From positions 66,712,001 to 66,776,000 of the forward strand of contig OX597816.1 in assembly GCA_951406725.2 (NCBI GenBank): 64,000 nt of DNA, read 5' to 3'. Source of the DNA: Octopus vulgaris (taxonomy: Eukaryota). Below the pieces are notes generated by a model. The model was not told the DNA's origin, did no database searches, and saw only the letters and a program-made list of their open reading frames with translations. The position numbers and the translations under genes are program-made. Within the stretch, counting starts at the first letter, position 1; the number at the start of each line of letters is the position of its first letter. Shown here piece by piece: positions 13,315 through 26,774 of the stretch.

Positions 13315-13599
13315 CATCATCATCATCATCATCCACATCGTTGTTTTAGTGTCCACTTTTCCACCCTTGCACAGGTCAGATGGAATTTGTTGAGGCAGAT
13401 TCTCTACAACTTCATCCCTTCCTGTTGACAACCCTCACCCATTTCTGCGTAAGGTAATATTCTCCCATGGCTGGACATGTTTTTCACAAAAGATTGGAAA
13501 TGAAGGACACTGCTTGTATGACAGTGACACTTGTTTACGACTACCATGCAATGCCAAGAAAAGGAGAGAACAAATCTCTCTCTCTCACACACACATACA

Positions 13600-13647
<48 letters not shown>

Positions 13648-13790
13648 CTTGGGCTAAACAATTTTACAATACTTTGGTTGGTCCACTGCTATAGTATGAG
13701 ACATTTGCCAAAAGTGCCACACAGTGGGACTGAACCCAGAACCAAGTGGTTGGGTAACAATTTTCTTAACCACTCAGCAATGCCTGCAAC
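13315..13790 (-). mobile_element. SINE family G
   Basis: Same architecture as 1650-2045. Confidence 0.75.
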
Positions 13791-14294
13791 TGTGCATCAA
13801 AGTATTTGTACCATAACCATTTAGGGAGATAAAAATTTCTTAAGACTCAATAAGCCATGCAAATTAACCTCCTACTTCACTGGTAAAGAAAAACAGAAAT
13901 GAATAAAAGAAATATAATTATAAAGAAAAAATATAAATGACAAAAAAACTCTAAATTTTGCTATATATATATATTTGATATGCTCTTTGGTCAACATCTG
14001 TGAACTGTATCTATGTGCCTAGTTTATGATATTATTTGCAAATGTTGATGTGATTTTACATGATTGCAAGTGATTTTGCATCTATTTAAGGTGACAACCA
14101 GTTTGATATCAAAAGACAATTTCATGTGGAATACAATGGAGAAGTACAGCACTGAGTTATGACCTGCCACAAGTTAGGAACTTACTGTTGTGGGCTCTCT
14201 TTACTCTTTTACTTGTTTCAGTCATTTGACTGTGGCCGTGCTGGAGCACCGCCTTTAAGCTGCTGTAATTTACACAACAATCTTTTCATTAGTG

Positions 14295-14452
14295 TATACT
14301 TGGGAGGAGTCATCAACCTGAGAGGGTAGAATAGATCAGGACATGACAAGAAGACTTGGGAAAGCAAAAGCCGCCTTCAGGATGCACAGCCCCATCTGGA
14401 GGTCACAGACCTTGTCCACCAAGCACAAAATTCTGCATCTTTAACATAAACG
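14295..14452 (+). mobile_element. RTE-clade LINE RT fragment
   Basis: Translates YLGGVIN / DQDMTRRLGKAKAAFRMHSPIWRSQTLSTKHKI, matching the RTE 'YLGS...RIGKARAAF..L..IW' region. Confidence 0.8.
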
Positions 14453-15756
14453 ATACTGAGCTCACCAGTCTAACAACGAACGATCAATTACTCCGAATGA
14501 TCAACTAATGATCAATTTCTAATATAAACACAAGGAATTACAGATAAGAAATAAAACCGTAGGGAGCGAGCATAGATTTGATGTTCAAAACAGCCGACAT
14601 TGCTTACAAGGGCAAGGGAAATAATTCTATATTAGCGAGTGTGTGTATGTGTGTGAGCGCGCGCATGTCTAATTTAGTCTATTAAAATTTAAATATCATT
14701 TCTGAACTTTATTACATTACATTTAGTCAATGCTTTTTTGTTTTAAACCATGAGTTACACGATAACATTAAGTTGAAGCTGTTAACTCTATCGTAGCGAA
14801 TATATATATATATAAAAAATATATATATAATTATCTCCCTTACATTTATATACAATGTTATTGCATTAGTTATCTCCCTTAATTAATATACTTCACACTT
14901 CGCGGTTTTCTTCAATTGGTCAGCACCACCCAAATAAAATATTTCATTAAGACAATCGAATCATTCAGATACTGGATACTTCGCAATATACAATTCAATA
15001 CGTCACTATTTTTCATTCATGAAGAGTGCGCCTAACTTTACTTCTGTTTCTCTCTAAGGTCAAGAACAAATTATAATCAACCATACACCCCACTCAATGA
15101 AAATTCATAAAAACAAAATTGTCTTCAAATACACCACTGACATTATATCATAGTATTATGTACGGACATGAAGGAATATGTTACTGGTATTGTGATAAAG
15201 GGAAAATAAATTGTGAAGATAAATCAGAAATCTCTCTCTCTCAAAGGACAGGACACTGGATTACATCAGATAAATTTTCAAGGAACCTCCATAAACAATT
15301 TCCACAATAGTAAGTCCAATATCCTAGCTGTGCAATAATATGCTCAAGTTAAATGAGGAAGCTTTTTTTTTTTTTAATTTTTTATTATAGACTCGTTTTT
15401 TTTATTATTGGAACTTTAAGGTTATCAAACAACCCTTTCAACTGTTATAAGCTCTAAAATTTGTGGGGAGGCAAGTTGATTAGATCAACCCCGGTGTTCA
15501 ACTGGTACTTATTTTATCAACCCTGAAAGGATGAAAGGCCAAGTTGACTTTGGTATCATTTGAACTCAGAATATAAAGGCAGCAGAAACACTGCTAAGCA
15601 TTTTGTCTAGCATGCTCGCTCACCACCTTCGGTTATTAAGGATTAAAAGAAACAAAATTATTATTTCAATTAAAAGTATAGTGCTTAGGATATAATTAAG
15701 GATACCAAACTATGAAAATAGAAGATGTACACACACAATAAATATACAGAGATATG

Positions 15757-16205
15757 ATCATCATTTTAATGTTCAGTTTCCCATTTTTGCATGAGTCAAG
15801 AGAGAATGATTTGAAACAGATTTTCTATGGCTGGATGCCCTTCCTGCTGCCAACCCTTACTTGTTTTTAAGCAAGATAATATTTCTCTATGGCCAGACAG
15901 GTTTTCGAGATAGATTGGAAACAAAGGATAGCAATTATATGACAGTGATACAATTCTCAAATGACATCACAGTGAGGAGGTACAAACACACTCATACTAA
16001 CTTATGTATACATATGCATCTACACACACACACACATACACACAAAATGTGTTTTTTCAGTTTTAATCACCAGATCCACTCACAAGTCTCTAGTTGGCCT
16101 GGGGCAATAGAAGACACTTGCCCAAGATGCCACACAGTAGAACTGAATCCAAAACTATGTGATTAAGAAGCAAACTTCTTAACCCCAACAGCCATGGCTG
16201 CACCC
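15757..16205 (-). mobile_element. SINE family G
   Basis: Same architecture as 1650-2045. Confidence 0.7.
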
Positions 16206-16249
16206 ACATACATACTGTCTATACATACATGCACATATACACATGCATA

Positions 16250-16540
16250 TCACCGGGACCGGGACCGATCAGGCCATCTGATGTTGCTACACATCGCTGG
16301 TCACAATGCGCTTCGCATTGTTTTAGCCTGCAAATGACGCCACCCTGCTGGCTAAGCGAGCAGGCCAACAGAAGAAAGAGTGAGAGAAAGTTGTGGCGAA
16401 AGAGTACAATAGGGATCCCCCCCCCCCCCCCGAGCCTTGTGGAGCTTTAGGTGTTTTCGCTCTATAAACACTCACAACGCCTGGCCTGGGAATCAAAACC
16501 GCAAATCCGTTGCCCTAACAACCGGGCCATTGCGCCTCCA
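16250..16540 (-). mobile_element. SINE family C with alternative tail
   Basis: tRNA-like head 'ggaggcgcaatggcccggttgttagggca'; tail shared with the family-E copy at 6105. Confidence 0.8.
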
Positions 16541-16914
16541 CACATATGCATATATACATGTAATTATATATATATATGTGAGTGTCTATTTACACAAATA
16601 TTAATTAAATTTTTTTTACATTGGCATAAACTCAAGAATTCTAGGAGAGTACACTAGGAGTGTAAAGAGTGCAGCAGATAATTAAGTCAATTGGATACTA
16701 TGCAAACATAAGTGTTGCTTTGCATTCATGACCAAGATACTTAACTCTTAAAAACCAAGTTCACACTGCTGTAAGTATGTGCTGCAGGTGGTATGACCTC
16801 AAGACTCCTAAGTAAACTGTACCATTGTGGAAGTAATGAATGATTACCGTGTTTTGCAGTGCCAAGTCCAATTACTCATGTGGTATCTTCATCCTCATCA
16901 TCACCACCATCTCA

Positions 16915-17320
16915 TCATCATCGTCGTTTAACGTCCGCTTTCCATGCTGGCATGGGTTGGACGGTTTGACTGGGGACTGGTGAGTCAGATGGCTGCACCA
17001 GACTCCAATCTGATCTGGCAGAGTTTCTACAGCTGGATGCCCTTCCTAACACCAACCACTCCAAGAGTGTAGTGAGTGCTTTTACGTACCACAAGCACGA
17101 GGGCCAGTCAGGTGGTACTGGCAACAGCCATGCTCAAGTGGTGTTTTTTTACATGCCACCTGCATAGGAGCCAGTCCAGAGGCACTGGTAATGATTACAC
17201 TTGAATGGTGCTTTATACATGCCACTGGCACGAGGGCCAGTCAACAGCCCTGGCAACGATCATGCTCGGATGGTACTCTTAGCACTCCACTAGCACGGAT
17301 ACCAGTCATGTGGTGCTGTC
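16915..17320 (-). mobile_element. SINE family D, multi-module copy
   Basis: Family-D core plus 3-4 upstream repeat modules. Confidence 0.85.
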
Positions 17321-17575
17321 ATCAAATTTGTTATTCTCAGATATTTGATGAGTCAATAAGAGAATCTTTTCATAGTCACTTGACCTTCTAAAAATAGTGC
17401 TTTTTACATGACAGGCTTCTTTTAGTTTCCATTTACCAAATTGACTCACAAGGGCCTGGTGATATAGAAGAAGATACTTGCCGAATTTGTCCTGCAGTGG
17501 GACTGAACACCAAACCAGATGGTTAGGAAGCAAATTTCTTATCACACAGTCATGCCCGTGCTTAGGGTTCTAGAT

Positions 17576-17682
17576 CAGACATGGGCAACCTTTTTGAGAA
17601 GCAGACCACATGAGACATGAAGGTAAATTTTCATTGGACATGCCATTCAGAAAGTCCTGTGGGCTGCACTTGCCCATGTCTG
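17576..17682. mobile_element. hAT-type MITE
   Basis: Perfect 13-bp TIR cagacatgggcaa/ttgcccatgtctg; 8-bp TSD ttctagat/ttccagat (7/8). Confidence 0.85.
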
Positions 17683-18565
17683 TTCCAGATACACAAAATG
17701 TTGACAAGATGGCCATGGCTGGAAATACTTTCATTCATTGATCTGTACGACAAGGTTGATTTGGGACCAAATAATAATAGCTAACCAACATCATGAGGGA
17801 GCATCTATAAGATCACTCAATTTGCTAGAAAATACAGCCATCCAAATCACACACCCTACTGTCTTAAAAAGGAAGGACATATTGGATAATGTAGCCCCTT
17901 ATATATTATGCCTGAAAAAGAAAATAAATAAAAATAACAGGACAGCTAGATGGATGCCTTTGATCATAAGTTTGTTCAATGAGGCTTACCTGGGGTTAAA
18001 CAACAATACCAAATACAAGCACAGTCAATATTTACTCAGAAGAGGTACAAGCTTACAATTTCAGGAACTAAATGGAATTGGCAAAAATAAATAAGTAAAA
18101 TTTAAAAAAAAACGACATCCCTACACATCTTTAGTCCCTATGGGTCATCATTATCAACTGAAAGTTAGCTGAAATTCCAAAGGATTAATTTCAACAATCT
18201 TATTTGTCCCAGATAAGCCCTGATCAAGCGGATCTACAAGAGCTGACATTCCAACTGAGGCTAACCAGTCTGTTATGTATCATTCTATTTATTTATTGGT
18301 TTATTTATTTATTTCTGGCATGGACTACACTGAAAAATATATTTTTCATTTTCTAAGATAGTGATCAGGAAAATTTTGGCTGCTATATCTAGCACCTCCA
18401 GCAGCTGAACAGAGGTTCCCATTATGGCTAGTTTGAAACTAAATTGTCAGTCCTGAAGTAATCTTGTGACAAAAAATTCTCTGTCCTGACCATCTTGTCT
18501 TCTTTGTGTTGTGTACCACAATCTACATTGCTACACACACACACATTTATACACACACACACACA

Positions 18566-18764
18566 CATGACCTCGTGAGTACCACCGGCGATTTTTTCTC
18601 TCTGTCTTCCCTTCTCGGGATCTTTCCTTCTCCTATGTTTCCGACGAAGAGCTCCGCTCGAAACGTTAAACCCTCCTTCTTCCCTTCTTTCCTGAGCGTC
18701 CAATAATACTTTATTTGTTCCACGTCCTTACGTTGTTGTGTTTTTTTTGTTTTCTTGTTTGGAT

Positions 18765-18768
<4 letters not shown>
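18566..18768 (+). mobile_element. Penelope-like element terminal (pLTR-like) remnant
   Basis: Contains a minimal hammerhead motif and runs directly into a (TA)n tract. Confidence 0.65.
18637..18671 (+). ncRNA. Minimal type-I hammerhead ribozyme motif (U4C core variant)
   Basis: GTTT-CCGACGA-A-GAGC(tcc)GCTC-GAAACGT-T-AAAC: stem I GTTT/AAAC, stem II GAGC/GCTC, palindromic ACGT stem III. Confidence 0.7.
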
Positions 18769-18831
<63 letters not shown>

Positions 18832-18981
18832 GGGGTGCAAAAGTAAGTATACAGTATGTATCACATCAATGCTATAATACTTAAATTAAAATTATAAGCA
18901 CATTAAATTAGTTAGCCTCATTTTTGATATTTTCAGTGTCATTAATCATAATAATAGATTTATCTTAACTATGATCATAAC

Positions 18982-19026
<45 letters not shown>

Positions 19027-22000
19027 CTTCTTTTTTATTTAAAATTGTAGAGTGTGATTTGAGTGAGATTAGGCTGCCTTTTCTAGACAGTCCAGTGCAT
19101 TTGTTGACTCTCAACTGGTTGACTCAAAATTAAACAGAAAACAAGAGAAGTTGGCTGCTGACCACACAGGAATGTGCCCTACCCCTATTGGGAGTGGGGT
19201 GGGGGAATTACAGTATCAGAGCAATTAACAATTAGCATGACTACTAGCATTTGGTATGCCTAATGGCTAGTGTGGAATGGGAAAGATGTGATAAAAAGAG
19301 AATTCTGTAGAGTGTGGGAGAAAGTGAGAGGAGAAGTAGAAGAGAGTAGAAAGAAAGAGGGGAGAGAGAAAACAGGTGAAGAGAAGAGGGGGTGAGGGAA
19401 AAGGTAGATGACAAGAGAATAGAGGGGGGGAGAAAGAGAAAGTGAGTACAGGAGTGAGCAAGTGTGTGTGTGTGTTTGAGTGCCTGTAGACAAATGAGGA
19501 ATAGACAAGAAGAAAAAGGAAAGACTAATAGAGAAGAAAGAAATAGAGAAAAATAATGAGTGTCAAACTGATGGGAAGGGAGTCTGATGAAGATACAAAA
19601 ATAAAGAGAATGAGAGAGAGGGAGAGAGAGAGAATTTGGTGGTGAAGAAACTAAATTTATCCATGTTCTGAATACTCAAACAGGTTTCTGTGGAGAATGT
19701 CTATTTACACCATACACCCCACCTATACCCACATCACATTGCTTTCCAGTTTTTCTTGAAAATGATCCATGTATTTCTGTTTAATCCCTATTCATTGGGC
19801 TTGCCATAAGGAGAAGCCATGGCACATAACTACTGGTGGTAAAAGAAGGAATTTGAAAAATTTCTCCAGAAAACACAAAACAAATTGTGTATGTAAGTGT
19901 AGTGTGTATGCACACAGACACACATTCACGTAAAGTTATATTTGAATGCGAGTGAATTTGAATGCGATAAGACCTTTTGCTGCGGAAGTAGTCCCTAGAA
20001 AGACAATTCTCCATTGAGACAAGTGAGAAAACACCTTCTTTGTTTTTCTTTGGCAGGGTTGGTGGATGGAGAGGCTAAGTCACATCATCAGATAGTAGGA
20101 TGCATGTGTTTCTGTGGTGTTCCATTTTGTCAGCTATGAAAATCAAATCCACAGCCTGATAACAACAAAATTATTCTTATCAAAACAACATACAAAATGT
20201 TTGCTGACATGCATAAAGCACAGTCAAGCTACAATTAAATAATGTCACACAAAGCTGCTCCACGTGACATTATTTTTCACATGAAGCAAACTTTACACAT
20301 ATCAGCAAATGTCCATATGCTGTTTTAATACAATATATTTTACTCTAATCATGTTGTGTCAGATTTGGTTTCCATCGCTGATGAAGCACAACAATGCAGA
20401 AATGCTTGCATCCGATGATTCAAAAGCTTTATTTATTCTCAAATCTATTCTCACACATGTTTAGGAGGAAATATTTCTCCCAGGTTTATATGTGTAGTGA
20501 AGGGTCTTATCATAACCAAATGCACTCAGACATGTTAAATACGACTTTACACAAATATATTTTATTCAATGCTGCTTCATGCAAAGTGTTAGTGTTTTTA
20601 ATGTAGTAAGCATTTAGAAATGAAAGAGAAATAATGATGTGGTGACGAAAGTTAAATATTAATGATTAATATTATTATAATTATCAAGGTAGTGAGCTGG
20701 TGGAAATGTTAGCACAATGCGCAAAATGCTTTGTGGTTTTTATTCATCTTTATATTCGGTGTTCAAATTCCATTAAGATTGACTTTGCCTTTCATTCTTT
20801 TGGGGACAATAAAATAAGTACCAGTTGAGCACTGGGGTCAATGTAATTGACTAACCCCCTCTCCTAACATTTCAGGCCTTGTCCCTATAGTAGAAAAGAA
20901 TATCATCATAATTAGTAAGTAAGGGAGTCAATTCCAAATACACATGCACACACACATCTGTTGTATATTTGTGACTGTGTGCATTTGTGAATAATTCAGT
21001 ACTGACTGAAATATTGTTGACATCAGAAAGAGAAAGAGAGAAAGACAGATCGTCAATAACTGATAGGTAGGTAAAACAAAAGGGAGAGAGAAAGAGAGAG
21101 AGAGATGGGGGAATGAGAGAAAATACAAAGACAGAAAATGATAATAGTGAATTGTAAGTATGAAAGAACAATGAGAGATGAAACAGAATTTTCACACTTC
21201 GTTAATCTAGGTTCACATAAAGGAATTCCTGGACAACAAAGTTTTAATTTGTCATTACTGATATCTGTGTGTTTATGTATATGCACAGATGCATGAATGC
21301 CTGTATGTAAGAGGGAAACAGTCGTGTGGACATACAAATATCAACCGTGTGTGTGTGTGTGTGTGTGTGCAAGTACATGCATGTGGTTGAACTGTTATAC
21401 TGATACAAACAGCACCTTTCATTTTCATTCACACTGGTAAGATCTTTGTTATAAATATCGTCAATATTCCATTATTTATGTATGTGTTTTTAGTATATAT
21501 ATCTTTGCTCATGCATATATTAGTACAAAGTTAAAATGCTAGAAGCTCTAGCACTAAGAGACACAACACACACAGCAGACCCAGAAACACATGGGATGAG
21601 ATGGTGAATCATGATCTTCAAACTCAGAGGCAATGGCTAGTAACTGAGATCTTTGGTGATATGTCATGCTTAAGAAGACCCATCGTGCCAAATGAAATTA
21701 TAGTTGCAGCCGATGCTGGTGTCACATAACTGGCGCCCAAGCTGGTGGCATTTAAAAAGCACTTTTCAAGCGTTAGGCCTCACGGAGGCAATGACAAATA
21801 ACCGAGGCCTTTGGCATTATGCCGTACTAGAAAAGAAGACCCATCAAGCCAAGTGAAATTGTAGGCAAGGTAGATACTGGTGGCACACAACTGGCACCCA
21901 TGCTGCTGGCACATAAAAGCATCCATTATACTATCAGGGTGGTTGGCATTAGGAAGGGCATCCAGCCAAAGAAACCATGCTAAATCAGACTGGAGTCTGG

Positions 22001-22471
22001 TGCAGCCCCTCAGCTTACCAGCCCTGGTTAAATAGTCTAACCCATGTTAACATGGACAACAGATGTTAAATGATATTGATGATATACTCTGCCAAGATGA
22101 TACATTTGTTCAAAAACTGTTTTCTTATCAGGTTCTTTCATATTACATATGGAATGAAAGAGAATTATCCAGAAACATTAAAAATTGTTCCTGTTGAAGG
22201 CTTGCAGGTATACTGGATTTGATTACACTTTGAGAAGTGTCTTTATTGTTTGTCCCAATCAGCAGTAATGTTTTTACATAAGGATATTAGAGGACCCAAA
22301 TCAATTCATCTGATTCAGACAATGAATGGTCATGTTTATGCAACATACAAAAAAAAAATGTTTTGGGTAAGGCTTGTTACAAAATGATGGCCAATGAGAA
22401 GCAACGATGATAGAAGCAGTTGTTGCAATCACCCTTTAAACTGTGAAGCTTCCCTGCAATTTTATTGAAAA

Positions 22472-23118
22472 CTAGCACTATGACCCAGTGTTGCCGGGTC
22501 ATAGTGCTAGTGCATGCATATACAGCTGTGTGCTTAATAATAATAATAATAATAATTGTGTACAGTGCTCAGGTGCACTACAACTCATCTAAAGTGTATA
22601 TATAATCAGGTGTAGTTTCGGCGGATTTCGGAAAGCATGAGGGCCTTAAAAGATGCAGTGTCATGTCAGTCAACAACTGACGCAGGCAGTTTATTCCATG
22701 CTTCAGCAACTCTGAGCGTGAAAAAATGTTTCCGAAAGTCATGGGAGCTGTATTGTTTTCTGACTTTGTAGGCATGTCCATGTGTGTTAGACACATGGAG
22801 ATCAAAAAGGTGTTGCACACATACACGTGAGTACTGTCCAAATATCTGACCAATCACATACAGCTAGCAAGCTTTCAATTGGCGTATCAAGTTTCAGGCA
22901 TTTTGATTGGGTTTTGGATAGAAAATTCACAAAAAAGTCACTTCTTTTGATTTTTTAATGGCTTTGCGGGGTGACAGGGGAAATGTAAAGATGTGCACGA
23001 CCACCCTTGGACGGTTTTGAATGACCATAGAAAGTGCAAGCCCTCTAACTGAAAAATTGTGGATTTGTATAAAGGACACACACACACACAGACATTTCGC
23101 CATTTACATATATAGAGA
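22472..23118 (-). mobile_element. Non-autonomous Helitron nested in the Helitron remnant
   Basis: Minus strand 5' TCTCTATATAT; 3' perfect 16-bp hairpin ending CTAG; inserted between A and T without TSD. Confidence 0.8.
22535..22857 (-). mobile_element. CR1-type LINE 3' fragment with (TTA)n tail
   Basis: HGHAYKVRKQYSSHDFRKHFFTLRVAEAWNKLPASVVD is a typical CR1 ORF2 C-terminus. Confidence 0.85.
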
Positions 23119-24552
23119 TATAAGGACAGTCAAGAGTGTGTGATCTGTGAAAAATTTATCTGATGATTATAGATAGAAGACCCAACAAATGATTAATAAG
23201 CATCAGGCAGAGTAACATAATCCTGAGGTTTCATTGATTTCATCTATGACATAATCAACAGTGATCTCAAAACTATGGAGGACAAAGTTTTTTTTTTTTT
23301 TTTGGTAATGAATGTAGATGAACTACATAAATATGGTTTGATTCAGAGCGACCAGTCTTATGGAACCAATTGCCAACTGAAGTTCAATGAGAACTCTGTT
23401 ATGATCACCAATGGCTAATTCTCTTGCTCAATGTATGGCTGACCTAAAATATTTGATAATAATAAATAAAAAAAAGAACCTTCAACATAAATACTGACTA
23501 TATTTGGAATAAAAATGATGAAATAATCTTTCTGATGCACCTGGGAATGAGAAAACTCTTTCTTAAGCTTTACTGCTGGTTTAAGTAAGGAAACATGGAA
23601 AAGTGCTATGACAAATACAATTGCTGAAAGGCAAAGCAACTCATTGTGTATTGAAACTATCAATGAATGTTAGTATTGATGGTACAGGTGTAACATTGCA
23701 ACAAAACAGGAGCTGCAGAAATGCTAAAGCAGCGCTTTGGTAATTTCAGATGAGAGCATTATGGTTCAAAGTTCCTTATGAAACTTTGGGTCAAACTTAG
23801 GGATATCGGCAGAACAAATTTTCATTTTTGGTGGAGTAACAGTAGTCTTCACATGAGACTTTCAACACTCACAGCCATTCCCAAGGAGACAAGAGCTGAT
23901 TAAATCAGAAGCTACTTGAATTCATCACATTTGTGGAAACATTACAAAATTTAAATAAGAAACAACCCTGGAGGAGGATTACTTTAACAAGGACTAATGC
24001 TTAGCTGATTTTACAAGGGGATTTTGTGCCTGATCAATATAGAGACACGTCTCTGACCGACAATAATAATTTGACTTTATCAGTTAATAAACTAAAAAAA
24101 AAATGTTTTTCTTAACAACTGTACTAAAAAGAGCATCAACTGATGAAGCTGTTAAGATGATCAATGAACAAATTATTCAACAGACATGGCTGTGTGATTA
24201 TACATGTGCATGCATGTGTGCGTTTGTCTGTCTGTTCCCCCCACCTCACAGATCATTGTTTGACAACTAGTGTTTGTTTATGTCCCTGTAACTTTGCAGT
24301 TCAGCAAATGTATCTTTGTGCATGCATTTGTCCTTCCACCAACCCACCATCACTTGACAACAAGTGTTGATTTATGTCCTCATAACTTAGTGTTCAGCAA
24401 AAAGATCAATACCAAACTTTAAAAAAAAAAAAAGTACTAGGGTTAATCTCTTTGACAAAACCCTTCAAGGGAGTGTTCCAGCATGGCCACAGCCTAATGA
24501 CTGAAACAAAGAATAGTTGACAATAGAATGGAGATGAATTTTTCTTCAAGTC

Positions 24553-24915
24553 TCTCTTTACTCTTTTACTTGTTTCAGTCATTTGACTGTGGCCAAGCTG
24601 GAGCACCACCTTTAGTCGAGCAAATCGCCCCCAGTACTTATTCTAGCGATCTCTTTTGCTGAACTGCTAAGTTACAGGAATGTAAAGACACCAGCATCGG
24701 TTGTCAAGCGATGTTGAAGGGGGGGGGGCAAACACAGACACACAAACATATACACGACGGGCTTCTTTCAGTTTCCATCTACCAAATCCACTCACAAGGC
24801 TTTGGTCGGCCCGAGGCTATAGAAGACACTGGTCTAAGGTGCCATGTAGTGGGACTAAACCCCGGAATCATGTGGTTGGTAAGCAAGCTACTTACCACAC
24901 AGCTACTCCTGTGCC
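24553..24915 (-). mobile_element. SINE family A
   Basis: Near full-length match to the other family-A copies. Confidence 0.9.
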
Positions 24916-26484
24916 GAGAAACTTTCTTTTTTATTTTTTTCCAAACAAGCTGTAAAATACTCCACTGAGTTCCTCAACAGTCTGGAACTATATAACTCTA
25001 TAGTGTGTTACACCACAGACAAACTGATGAAAGAATCAATATTCAATTATTTATCTTACGAAATAGACATTGTACAATGGCACAACACTGGCAAACAACT
25101 ACCATAACCTCTGACTGAAGTAACAAAACTGACAGGCTGTGCTGTTGGTGAAAACATTTATCATAAGAATTCCTGTCCTTCCCAGCAACACTCCGTTTAC
25201 ACAGGTATGTATTTGAACAACATAAACAAATACAGTGTACCAAATACCATATAATAAATTCTTGATTCATTAAAATTATTTTTGCCTTTAGAGGATGTGT
25301 TATAATTATTAAATGGCAATTAAAACCAGCTCTACTAGAGAAAGGGAGATAGCCTCAAGACTCGTGAATTCTCCAAAGCTGACATGACATTAACTCTTTT
25401 GCATTTAAACCAGCCATATCTAGCCCAAATATTTTATCTCTTTTATGTTCAATCTAACCAGAATCTATAGTAGAAGACACTTGCCCAAGGTGCCATGCAG
25501 TGGAACTGAACTCAGAACCAAGTGGTTGGGAAGCAAGTTTCTTACTACACAGCCTCGCCTGAGCCAAGCTTCTTACGACACAGCCATGCATATGTAGCAG
25601 TTTATCAAATATATGTGTGTATCTACAGGGGTTGGACAAAATAATGGAAACACCTAGCATCATAGTATCATAATTTTGAAATATCTATAAAACCATCAAA
25701 AGCTTGTTTATATTTATGTTTGTTGATTTATTATTAGTCTTGACCACACAGCGATGATCATAGCAAGCAAGCTAAGAATTCTCATTTCATTTCTTCCGAC
25801 ATACATTTGCCGCTAACCCTTAAATGTTCGAATCTATTCACTAATTCTGCTTGTTCTTAAAATATAACCCTTTAATTTGTTTAACCCCTCGGTACCAAGT
25901 TAATTTGTTCGTTACTCTGTTCATTTCTTCAAACCCCGATTGTTTTAAGTCTACTGTCCCCAATCAAAATCTCGCAGCCCGCCATTCGTTCGCAGTTCGC
26001 CCGCCCTCCCACCCCCACCACCCATACCAGAGAACACTCTGTTTACACCATCCTCACCGGATATCCCCTATACCACCGCCACCACTACGTGTGTCTGTTC
26101 CTCCTACCCCTCCTCCTCAATATACTTTCTCACTATGTATTTTACCCCTGCCTCTCTCCCCCTGGACAGAAGCAGCTGGCGCTGCAGCTCATCAAACGTC
26201 CCACTTAACCTGTTATCTTATGTTCCTCCTGTTTTGAAATGTGTCACTGCCTCAACCGGCTACCTCCTTCCAGCCCCCTCCCCCACTCGTGATATCCTAC
26301 GTTTTACTTCCTACTTTTCATTCTGTCTAGAACCTGCCACCAACCCTACCTGTCATCGTTTCTCTTTACCCCAAACCTTCCCCACTGGTGCTCCCCTATA
26401 TTACATGCACCCCCCCCCCACTCTCTCTCCCTCTCTCCTCTCTGCCGGAACCCTCCCCCCTGCCGCAATGCAACGAAAAAAGGC

Positions 26485-26709
26485 AATAACCGATCGTGGC
26501 CGATGCCAGACCCCTCTGGCACCTGTGCAGGTGGCACGTAAAAAGCACCCACTACACTCGCGGAGTGGTTGGCGTTAGGAAGGGCATCCAGCTGTAGAAA
26601 CACTGCCAGATCAGACTGGAGCCTGGGGCAGTCCCTGCTCCCCAGACCCCGGTCAAACCGTCCAACCCGTGCTAGCGCGGAAAACGGATGTTAAACGATG
26701 ATGATGATG
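26485..26709 (+). mobile_element. SINE family D 3' part, inside the Tc1 element
   Basis: Family-D module and core plus (GAT)n tail. Confidence 0.85.
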
Positions 26710-26774
26710 TTGCTTAATATGTTTTGCTAAAATTGCTGTTTCTTTTCAGATATCATCAGAACAAGGTAATTAAA

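Larger units (their letters stand above)
22120..24170 (+). mobile_element. Decayed autonomous Helitron Rep/Pif1-helicase remnant
   Basis: Motifs in order: RGPKSIHLIQTMNGHVYATYK, GLLQNDGQ*EATMIEA, DAPGNEKT (Walker A-like), LVISDESIM, FGGVTVVFT*DFQH, IPKETRAD*IRSYLNSSHLWKH. Confidence 0.85.

Noticed and set aside
19690-20620. Repeat-poor stretch as a possible exon or enhancer
   Set aside because: An acceptor-like motif occurs near 20057, but there is no matching donor, ORF or other support from sequence alone.
24135-24170. CTGATGA at ~24140 as a hammerhead
   Set aside because: No stem II or GAAA; it lies at the end of the Helitron remnant.
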